Source: Nemertoderma westbladi (taxonomy: Eukaryota > Animalia > Xenacoelomorpha). Taken from it: 32,359 nt of DNA. The position numbers and the translations under genes were made by a program. Positions 22,386 through 32,359 of this stretch are shown in pieces (the first letter of the stretch is position 1; every line of letters begins with the position of its first letter). The stretch spans positions 1 to 32,359 of the forward strand of contig JAUCBJ010001830.1 of assembly GCA_032718475.1 (NCBI GenBank), read 5' to 3'. The notes beneath the pieces are model-generated. The model had not been told where the DNA came from, made no database searches, and saw only the letters and a list, made by a program, of their open reading frames with translations.

Positions 22386-23818
22386 TAATGTGATCTGATA
22401 CAGATATTTCTGATCAGTACTGAGAGTACAAATAACATTATTGTCAAGACGCATAAAAGTTGGTGATTCAAATGAACAGTAAGGGATGACTGGTAATGAA
22501 GCAATCGAGGGTAAAGCGTTATTGTTAATTTGTTTCCCAATTAGGCCTTTAAAAGCCTTTGGACCAGTTGTTGGACCATCAAGTTTAATGAAGAGATGCC
22601 GGAGAGGCAGCTCATTGACATGGAGCAAACATATCACCCATTGAAGTGGATGCATAATTTGCATCTCTAATAGCCGAATGATACCACCCGATCTTCCAGT
22701 ATTGACGTTTGTCCCATCACTGCCAATTATACGAAGATAACTAAGAAGAATGTTTTCACGGTCAAAGTCAACCATTGCATCTTTGATGCTAATGGCAGAG
22801 CCTGATTGTGGAGCAACGTGTCCCAAATACTTCCTACCAGGCTCTTCTACTATGACATAGTGTTCCTCAACTAGCATTTTGACATGGTCAGTAGCTGGAT
22901 CCTTCTTCAATGTGGAATCCTTCCTTCCATCAAAATAAACAGCAACAGGGAATTTGTCCTCCTCAACATCTTGTTGAAATTCCAAACGTCTTCGTTTTCT
23001 ACCCCTGCAGATCTTTGCTGGATCTATGACTTTTCTTGAATCGAAGCTGGAACAAGTATCCTGTGGTGGTGGCTATTGCAGCAGCTACTCAGTCAGAGAT
23101 CCCTGCACGATCTGCTTCTCGACAAACTGTCATAAGTTTCATTCGATTTTGATTACTTGATTTTTTGGTAAGTGCTGGGGATTTCTACAGTTGCATCAGG
23201 TGCTGACATTGCAAGAACAATCCGCTTGAGATCATCATTCCCAAAATCTCCACTATTATCAACCTGTTCATTTGTCAGTCGCATCAGCTCACGCTCTTTC
23301 TGTCCCTTCAAACGTTGTTCTCTTTCACTAGCCTTCTTAGCAGTAAGTACAGCTTTGCCATCTATGCCACCAATTTGCATTTGGTGCAGCCCTCTCTGAT
23401 CTTGGACAAATTCCAGCTCTGCCTTTGCAACATCACTTGAAATTATATCGAACAAGGTATTAAATCTCTTATGAAACTCAGCCAATCGCTCAATGAAGAA
23501 TGGAGATGATCGTCGACTAGGTTGAACTGTTTCAAGCTTAGATCGCACCAGTTGACATTCATGTAAAATCTTCTTCACAACACCTTCAAACGTAAATGCT
23601 GCTGCAGTAGCCTTTTGATCGATTTTCAAAGTTTATGTGGCAACAATCTCTGCCATCTTCCGTAGTACCAATTCCTGTCCATCCCAATCTGGCTGTTGCC
23701 TGTGCTGATTCTTCACTTCCTGACAGAATTGAAGAATGTCACCTGTCGTTGGCAGTTGTGATGGTGGAAGTTGAGCTGGCAGACCATAAAATCGTTCATT
23801 TCGGCTCCTGGTTGTCAT
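22386..23818 (-). pseudogene. Disrupted, 3'-truncated hAT-superfamily (hATm-like) transposase
   Basis: Several consecutive frames: QLPTTGDIL, FVQDQRG..MQIGGID, YFDGRKD, GSDGTNVNTG, LQWVICLLHVNELPLRHLF..DGPTTGP. Contains stops and frameshifts, and is cut off by the satellite. Confidence 0.8.
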
Positions 23819-23865
23819 AATATATATTTACAATTATAGTCAGAAAATTTCTGAACTATAACAAT

Positions 23866-24610
23866 GATAGCCAATATAATAGGCAATACTGAACTGATGC
23901 ACTGAAAGCAATAGGCTACTCTATCTAGTATTGTACTGTTGCAGCCTACTGCAGTATGTTACTGTCTGACTGTGGTACACTACTGTATTGAAATGGCAAT
24001 ATAGCCCTAGTGCTATACTGGTTCAACATGCTACCTGATGCACTACCGCAGTTGTACTGTTTCGTACTGAAAGGAAATAGGTCAACAAATCAAGGGACGA
24101 GGCCACAACTAAAGCCTAGGCATTACAATCGAGTATGTGGACTGTTAGAAATAAGGTTTAAGTAAGGACTAATGACTAAGAAAGCTTATTCACAATTGGA
24201 TTTATGGAATAAGAGGATAAAGGAATAAAGGATAAGGTTTAAGGACGTCACTTGATGATAGCCTATATAATAGGCAATACTGATGCGCTGAAAGCAATAG
24301 GCTAATGCAGAATTGTACTGTTACAGCCTACTCCAGGCAGTATGGTACTGTCTGACTGTTGCACACTACTGTACATATTGAAATGGCAATATAGCCACAG
24401 TGTTGTATTGGTTCAAAATGCAAACTGATGCACTACCGCAGTTGTAATGTTTCGTACTGAAGGGAAATACGTCAACAAATCAAGGGAAGAGGCCACTAGG
24501 CATTACAATCGAGTTTAAGGACTAATAGAACTAAGAGGTTTAAGTAAGGACTAATGACTAAGAAAGTTTTTATTTCCTATTATTTACAATTTCCTGGATT
24601 TATGGAATAA
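23866..24610 (+). repeat. Diverged tandem duplication of ~390 bp upstream of the hAT transposase
   Basis: GATAGCC..TATAATAGGCAATACTG at 23866 and 24256. CTGATGCACTACCGCAGTTGTA and GTTTAAGTAAGGACTAATGACTAAGAAAG occur in both copies. Confidence 0.9.
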
Positions 24611-25520
24611 GTACTAAGCTTTAAGGATTAAGAAAGTTTATTCACAATTTATTATTCACAAGTTTTAAGCATATACAACTATGGTTTAACGACTAAGGAT
24701 TAGCAAGCATGACTACATATGACAGTATGAAATAGCTGTAACCCATTTATCTAAAGAAGTATAATATCAAATTGATTGGAGATGATATCTACCACCACTA
24801 AATTTACCATTGCGGTTCTAATAAGCCCAAAATAAGACTGTTACACCCACTAGAAGTACCACAACTCTATAAAATGTGCATTTTTCAATTCCGCTAGAAC
24901 TAGCGGAAATGCTAAAATATAAATATCGATGGGGTCATGGGTACCCATTATCATAGGATGCCAATTTTTCGTTTTCTTACATTAGACTTATAACCTCACA
25001 TCTGGTAAAAATTGGAAGTTCATTAAACGAATTTAGTTTTTTTCACTGCACCCTAGTACATACCCTCGCTTTTTCATTCTTCTTGAATTTCGTCTTAAAT
25101 TCCCATAGGGGCTGCTTCCTTGTTATTGGGCTATCTGGGATGGGCCCTTTATGATGATGGGATGTTTGTCCTAAACGATAAATAACGTTAGATGGAATAG
25201 AAAATTGAAACTGTATTGCAGACTTGGCTATCGCTTGTTAAGTGTTAACTAATTTTTAATCAAACCTGATATGCGAGCCTTTTTTTAAGGATAGAGGTAA
25301 AAGATAAGTAATTTATATAAACTTAGTCACAATATTTATTTACTACATTAACTTTACTTTTATTCGCTAGGGTAGTACCGAATGTGTGAGTAGTAGTTAT
25401 GTAATCATATTAGGCCTATATGTAATCATATGTGCGTTCGGTACTGTAGGGCCTGTTATGAAATAAAATCTATAAATTAAAGTACTTTATGTTACGTTTG
25501 TTATTTTAGTTCCCCCTTAA

Positions 25521-26625
25521 CCCAGCCTGAGCGGATGGGTCACGTATTCATTAACAGCGGATGGGTCAGAAAATGACCAAGCTATAAATTTTACTATATT
25601 CAATTAGAATTAATATGAAAAGTTGGTTAAGGAGCCGCCAACGAGGCCTTGAGGTCTAGTTCTGCACAATACGAAACATTATATTATCATTATTGCACAA
25701 ATAAATGATAAAATTATTATAATTATAGTTATTATTACATTATAGTTTATTAAATATATTATATTATATTACTATATTATATTATTATTATATAATATAA
25801 ATTATATATAATATAATAATATATAATAAAAAATAAATTATAAATAATATATAATAAAAAATAAATTATAAATAATATATAATAAAAAATAAATTATAAA
25901 TAATATATAATATATTATTTATTATTATTATATTATATTATTATAATATATTTTCATTATTATATAATAATAATATAATATACATATATATTATTACATA
26001 TTCATACTGTAATTACTGCTGCGGACAACAAGACTCGCAGGTGATTGATTCAACTCTTGTATTTAGAGCAACTGGAGCAAACTAGTGCAGTTTTAAGTCC
26101 GCACTTTTGTTGCTCACATCGACGCCGGCGTCCACATTCAACTGCGGAAGGATTCCCCTGTACAATGTTTATAATTGGAGCTTTTACCTTTCTTACTGAG
26201 ATTGAATCATTAATAATCAGTTCACGAGATACATTCAATAGGAACATACGTCGAGTTTTAGCTTTCCCACGAATTGAAGGGAACTTCAAGTTATATATAA
26301 CGTATGCTGCAATGGCAGCAATGTCTATAATGGTGTAGAGTAACTTCGTAGGCCAGCGCCTAGTGGCGCGGCGGACAGAACTCAATGACACTATCTTATC
26401 CATGGTGTCGACCCCACACTTTGATGCGTTATAATCGAGTACTATGGCTGGTCTCTTAATACCGGTGGTTTCAACCTCGTTGTCGTGGTGCATACTCGAT
26501 ATAAGTGTAAAAGTTTTGCCCTTTTTAGGAACATGGGAAACTATGGTTGTCTTGTTTATATGTCCAAATAAACTTGACTCAACCACAAGCCCTTTAGCAG
26601 TAACGAACTCAGATGGGAGCTCAGT
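25521..26625 (-). mobile_element. Truncated second piggyBac (3' end plus C-terminal transposase pseudogene)
   Basis: TTAA|CCC end at 25517-25523 with repeated AGCGGATGGGTCA and GGTCA-N5-TGACC. Minus ORF ELPSEF..SSLFG..LISSMH..YNASKCGVDTMD..RRWP plus a frameshifted Cys-rich tail (~26011-26625). 5' half is missing. Confidence 0.85.
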
Positions 26626-27818
26626 AATATATTGAGTATTAATCAGGAAAAATATCAGCTGAATTATTAATACTTACCTATCTATTTCTCGCGATTTTCA
26701 TACTGTTACTTAAACTATTCTTCATACCCCCCCCCCCCCCCCCCCATCCTCTACAATTCACACTCTATACTTAACACTCCCCCCCCCCCCTTTACCTTCA
26801 CCCCCTCCCTCCCTCCTCTTGTGTAATATATAGTATGCGGAACTCTCACCTTAGAATAAGGGTTAAATCGGTGGCATGGTATTCACATCTCTTTGGAAGT
26901 AGTGGGTACGATTCCGCATGGTACGTCGCTCTTCTTCTTCTTCTCCTCCTCTTTGTCTCGTCTCGTCTCGTATCTTCTCTTGGATTTGTGATCCGCTCTC
27001 TTTCTCTCTTATTTACTATTCTCCTCTTCTCTTCTATTATTATTCTCTTCATTTATTTATTCTCTATCTCTATTATTCCTTCCTCTACGATGACTAAAAT
27101 TTTAAAGATGTAAACTCTAGTTGAATTATTGGTGAAAAAATTTTAGTTTTACTATAATTTGTAAAAATCTGGGCTTTAGCCCAGGGAACAAATTATTATT
27201 TCCCCAATCCCCTCACAGAAGAATTGGGAATTGAAAATTGTAGTTTGATGACAAATTATACAACACAAGAGTTGCTATCAGGTACATACCGAGTTATAAT
27301 TATGTGTGTCGACAGAGTAAGAGTAAGGTTGCTGGACTTGTCAAAGTTGAAAGAAGATTCAAATTCTAAAATTAAATATAAAAATAATGTTAGATTTAGA
27401 TTCGGGAACAAAGTAATTTGGGGAAACTACGGTTTATTTTACTATGCAGTACTTCCAACACTGAATATACAGTAAAGATTAATTATTGATTATGTACATT
27501 ACATTACCAATTATGATTCGGGGGCACCCCATTTATTTACTTACACCCTTCCTTACTTACCGATGTGACATGTATTGGCTCAACTGCATGTGGAATATAT
27601 TATTAATAAATAAATATAATATATTTTCATGTTTCTTCTATCAGAATCTATCAGATCTAAATTTGTAACATGTCATAAATGGCATATACTACAAAATGAT
27701 TGATGAAAATAATGAAAATGACAAATAAATATACTAGTACAGTACTAATATACTAACTATTGTATTTTTAGGATAAATGTTATGAGAATCCGTGAGAGTT
27801 CAAATTCGAAAACCACTT

Positions 27819-28599
27819 ATGGAGGATCCTTGCAGTTACAGTGCCGTTAAAAACTGCGTTGAACAAACATTAAACTCGGCCCTACAAACTGAAGTTAGGA
27901 AATGGACCGAGGTCATATTTGATGGCAATCCCATGTGACTGTCTTTATGATCACTGGAAGGACAGCCCGGGTGGTGTGATAAACTATTATTGCGACCCGG
28001 ACGGGGTCATTACGAACACAATATGTTAAAAACATATAATTCGATCCGGCTATGAGGAGAAATATTTTGCTTTAACCAATAGCTATGTCACTGATAAAGC
28101 TTTAGACTATTTTATTTCAGCTAGTGACCATCACAAAGACTTTGAAACAATGGAAGTTGTACTGTATGGGACTGCTCGGGAACTTTTAGGTGAATTTGTG
28201 AATCACCAAATGAAATCCCACAACTCTGCTAATCGTAATGACTTTAACTCTTCAAATCTCACTGAATTTTTGTCTCAAGCATGTCAGAGTTATCGGTTCA
28301 TATTCTTTTTTATTTTTGAAACCTGCTTCAGTATAAAATTATTTCGAATTGGGGTAAGAAAGAATATGGCAGCCATGGTGAAATTTTCATCAATTTTTTT
28401 TACTATGAGACATCCAACCTATCAGATGATCTCATCATATTATCTCACCCAACATCTTCGCTTGACAGACAATATTCTGGAACACATCAGACAAACCGAG
28501 GCAATGTCACGCACATTGTCTCCTGGGAGGAACCAGGGGGGAGATTACATAATGGAGGAATTTCATCACTTAATTAAAGCCATTGAAGGTACGACATGA
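27819..28599 (+). pseudogene. Decayed transposase-like gene (Academ/DUF6589-like; assignment tentative)
   Basis: Across stops and frameshifts: PCSYSAV, RKWTEVIFDGNP, LRPGRGHYEHNM, SDHHK, LFRIGVRKN, RHPTYQ, NQGGDYIMEE. Recognised by motif resemblance only. Confidence 0.4.
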
Positions 28600-28736
28600 C
28601 CAACTGACATAAATTCGTGGAATATAGTATATGGGTCGGTTGCGAAACAAGTTTATGTGACCTCTGATATATTGTTAATTTGACCTATTTATATTCTACC
28701 GTGGCTGATTGTGGCCACTTAATTTCAGTTTTTTCA

Positions 28737-28980
28737 TATTTGTCACCCGGGTGACAATTATTTATCACCCGGGTGACAATTATTTGTCACCCGGGTGACA
28801 ATTATTTATCACCCGGGTGACAATTATTTATCACCCGGGTGACAATTATTTATCACCCGGGTGACAATTATTTATCACCCGGGTGACAATTATTTATCAC
28901 CCGGGTGACAATTATTTATCACCCGGGTGACAATTATTTATCACCCGGGTGACAATTATTTATCACCCGAGTGACAAATA
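28737..28980. repeat. 11 x 22-bp palindromic tandem array (TTATTTATCACCCGGGTGACAA)
   Basis: TCACCCGGGTGA at exact 22-bp spacing from 28743 to 28963 (last copy has one mismatch). No unique spacers. Confidence 0.97.
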
Positions 28981-29087
28981 CTGGTGTTTTTCAGCAATCA
29001 ATCTTTATCCCTACAGTATCATTATTTTCTTGCAGTGTCTGATCTGTCTGTCTGTATATTCAAGTGGTACAGTATTTCTTATTCATC

Positions 29088-29558
29088 ATGAGTCTAATTG
29101 ATAACGTTATTGAACGGTATTTCTGGTTGGGATTTAACTACAGTGAAATAGCACATCTTGTATATTGTCAAAAAGGCATAAATATTTCTTCACGAACGAT
29201 TCGACGTAGGTTGAATTCGTCAGGTCATACACGGATTTTAGATCCATTCGATTTTGATGCTATTGTTAGTGTTCTTGAAGTAGAATCCTTCAATCGGAAA
29301 ACAGCGGGCTATAGACAATTGCAACGCATTCTGATGGATGACTACCATCTGTTTGCACCGCGAAAGGTAGTTGCATTAATATTGAAAATTGTAGACGTAA
29401 CTGGTAGAATATCTCGAATCGGAAATAAACTCACAAGGCGAACTTACTTTTCGAAGGGGCCTAATTTTTTATTGCACATTGATGGTTGGGATAAACTGAA
29501 ACCATTTGGATTGACAGTGCACGGATCTGTGGATGGATATAGTCGAAAGATTGTTTGA
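29088..29558 (+). pseudogene. Truncated integrase-core (IS3EU/IS481-like) transposase
   Basis: HTH-like region (YFWLGFNYSEI..ISSRTIRRRL), GYRQL, RRTYFSKGPNFLLHIDGWDKLKPFG..HGSVDGYSRKIV, then TGA. The remaining catalytic residues are missing. Confidence 0.8.
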
Positions 29559-31026
29559 AGCGTCGTTGTTAGAAGCCTCACATTGTTAGAAGCGATAAAG
29601 GCACCGAAAATGTTAACGTCGAAGCAATACATCGATATTTCAGATCCTTCAATGATGACCAATTATTACAGAAGTGCTCAGTATTTATTTTTTATTTATT
29701 TATTTATCAGTGCTCAGTAAGTATTTATAAAAAAAATTAAGTGAATTAAAAGTTAAATACGTACATTTGGGTTTAATTTATATTCATAAATGACATCACT
29801 GTCATAAGGGGGGCTGGGTGTGGGGGGGGGGGGGTGGTTGTATCCTCTGACATATTCTCATAACTGAGCCTCGTGCTGCGCGAAGGACCCACAAATGTTT
29901 TTCAACTGTAACCGGGTATCTTTTACCTGATATTATAACACTGTTTTTAAACAATATAAGCAATAATTCCGTTTAAAATAACAGTTATTTATATGACAAA
30001 TTAATAAAATTACGAACAAACAATCACGAAAACTGACCGATATTACAAAGAAAAATATTTATTGATGATTTAAAAATTATAATCTAATCATGTATATAAG
30101 TGTAGAGGTACAGTGTTCTAACAGTTAATTGCAATATCTAAACAGTTATATTGTCTAAACTAACAGTAATACAGTATTCTCAAGGCAATGCAAACCCCAA
30201 TGTATTCAACATATCCCCCATGAGACGGTCACAGAATACTTTGCTGGGCCCCAACAAATAACGGCCATTTATCGGAAAATGAATTGTTAACGCACATGGA
30301 AACAACATTATGGAGGATCCTTGCAGTTACAGTGCCGTTAAAAACTGCGTTGAACAATGCACTGAACAATTGAATTGAACAACTGCAATTTAATAGTTAA
30401 TTTTATTCACTTCAGAATTAGATAATTAACCAAGCATTGCGGCAACTTTATACATACACTATTTATAAACCAGATTATATATATTATGAACATCAATTAT
30501 CAATATAAGCGTTTTTATAATTAATTTAATTAAGCAAAAATGTCAAAAAGTCGTTTTTTAAAAGTGCCTGTACAAATGAATTTTTAATTAATATTTGGTA
30601 TGTAAGTTCATTGTAGATAATTAAATCGATGTAGAAAGTGTGAATAGATAACGGGCTTTAGCGTTGATTTAATTTACATTCAAAGTTCAGTGCCAGGCGG
30701 CATTTCTTCAAACAAACCGCCCATTGATTGACAGCCGACTAGTAGCGCCTCTCTGCTGGAGATCGCTGACTCCAGCTCTGCTTTAGGCTTTTAGCGGCAG
30801 TCCAGTTAGTTAGACTTGGTTTCTCTGTTCAGAGTTCGGCTCCCAGCAACTTGATTCACTCGGATTAAACTTTCGGTTCTACTTAAATTCTCAAGTTCGT
30901 TATGTTAACATAGATTATGATTTGGAAATACATAATTTTGTTACGTTTTTAACATAAATTTAAACTTGTAATACAATAAGTCTAATATAAGATAAATAAT
31001 AAGTAATAATAGGGTGTAAACGTTAA

Positions 31027-31634
31027 GCAGACAGTGGTGCAGACAGTGGTGCAGACAGTGGTGCAGACACTGGTGCATACAGTGGTGCAGACACTCGTGC
31101 AGACAGTGATGCAGACAGTGGTGCAGACAGTGGTGCAAACACTGGTGCAGACAGTGGTGCAGACAGTGGTGCAGACACTGGTGCATGCAGTGGTGCATAC
31201 AGTGGTGCAGGCACTGGTGCATGACAGTGGTGCATGACACTGGTGCAGACAGTGGTGCAGACACTGGTGCAGACAGTGGTGCAGACACTGGTGCAGACAC
31301 TGGTGCAGACAGTGGTGCTACCACTGGCGCAGACAGTGGTGCATACAGTGGTGCAGACACTCGTGCAGACAGTGGTGCATACAGTGGTGCAGACACTGAT
31401 GTATACAGTGGTGCAGGCACTGGTGCATACAGTGGTGCAGACACTGGTGCAGAGACTGGTGTAGACAGTGGTGCAGACACTGGTGCAGGCACTGGTGCAG
31501 GCAGTGGCGCAGACACTGGTGCAGACAGTGGTGCAGACAGTGGCGCAGATAGTGGTGCAGACAGTGGTGCAGACAGTGGTGTAGACATTGGTGCAGATAG
31601 TGGTGCAGACAGTGAGTGCAGATACCTGGTGCAG
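31027..31634 (+). repeat. 12-bp minisatellite (GCAGACAGTGGT), ~50 copies
   Basis: Direct reading of the repeated unit with point variants. It explains the low-complexity ORFs in several frames. Confidence 0.97.
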
Positions 31635-32279
31635 CCATCTCTATCTGATAGATTATGTTCAATATATAACGCAATTTAAATTGCATTTAATTATGTAATA
31701 TAATTTGACCAGTACAAGGGCGCGGATAAAACATATTTATATAACACATGTACGACTGTTCGTACATTTTTATGTATAACACACACTAGGGCGATATAAA
31801 TTAAGCTCAATATAACGAATTTAAATTGCATTTAATTATAAATATATAAACCTATCCAGATAATGAAGCTACTTGTTTGACTTCCAGTTCTAATGTGTCC
31901 CAAGACCCAAACATTTCCAGCACCTTTTCTTCAAACTCGACAGTGCTACGGCAATTGCAAAGAGTTTCAATAACGTTTTTATACAGTACTACTAAAATTC
32001 TACTACATTACAGTTATAATAATAAGAGTGTTAATTTCCAATACTTATTTATCGAATATCGATAATAACAATTACATTCGAATTAGTTGCCAACAAGTCA
32101 GACTGACGACTGAGCATGAGACAATAATTTGATTATCCCGTTTTATTATAAGCAGTGCCTCCAGTAAAGGTAAACAAATTAAACATACTCTGTATAAATG
32201 GTCTTGGGACGTTAGTGCCCGCGAGACATTAGTGCCCGCGTTTAGCGACTTAGTTAGTATATGTAATAAATACAACAAG

Positions 32280-32359
32280 TATAGAATTATATTCCCTAAA
32301 TGCCGTGGATTTTCAAAATTTTATTTTTATTCGAATTAACTTTGTAAAGATTGCTTTGA
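32280..32359 (+). repeat. Start of a second copy of the BEL LTR (solo LTR or 5' LTR of another copy), cut by the window end
   Basis: Identical to 7260-7339. Preceded by non-PPT sequence (TACAACAAG). Confidence 0.8.

Larger units (their letters stand above)
22386..25055 (-). mobile_element. hATm-like transposon with one surviving terminus
   Basis: Minus-strand end TAGGGTGCAGTGAAAAAAAAC at 25055, upstream of the transposase. TAGGGTG resembles hATm-type termini as I recall them. No partner TIR or TSD found. Confidence 0.55.
28630..29558 (+). mobile_element. 5' part of an IS3EU-like DNA transposon
   Basis: TATGG-starting end (TATGGGTCGGTTGCGAAAC) at 28630, subterminal palindrome array, then a DDE transposase N-terminus. 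No right end seen. Confidence 0.55.

Noticed and set aside
26835-27113. Hydrophobic and Arg-rich ORFs; GGGTTAA as the other piggyBac end
   Set aside because: CT-rich low complexity; the sequence does not match the CCCAGCCTG terminus.
28737-28980. CRISPR-like array
   Set aside because: Units are contiguous with no unique spacers, there are no cas genes, and the context is eukaryotic.
30941-31686. SAPL/GADS/VVQT/CLHH repeat ORFs
   Set aside because: Products of a stop-free 12-bp minisatellite open in several frames.

Overview
AT-rich eukaryotic (probably invertebrate) region made almost entirely of transposable elements; no conventional host gene is recognisable. 1-~7.7 kb is the 3' part of a BEL/Pao LTR retrotransposon. 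It has an open pol (RT-RNase H-integrase) with a ~310-aa repetitive insertion, a structured intergenic region with splice-like signals, an extra triple-CCHC zinc-knuckle ORF in the env position, four copies of a conserved 20-nt hairpin, and an LTR with a tRNA-like Pol III A/B box just downstream of its start. An identical copy of the LTR start occurs at the window end. An apparently intact 2,520-bp piggyBac (TTAA TSD, 15-bp TIRs, ~595-aa DDD transposase) lies at 9380-11899. The rest consists of a second BEL integrase fragment, an OB-fold gene fragment, a tRNA-derived SINE, a 279-bp MITE with a 12-bp TSD, a ~146-bp satellite, decayed hAT(m)-like, piggyBac, IS3EU-like and Academ-like elements, and 22-bp and 12-bp tandem arrays. 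All family assignments come from motif recognition by eye, not database searches.
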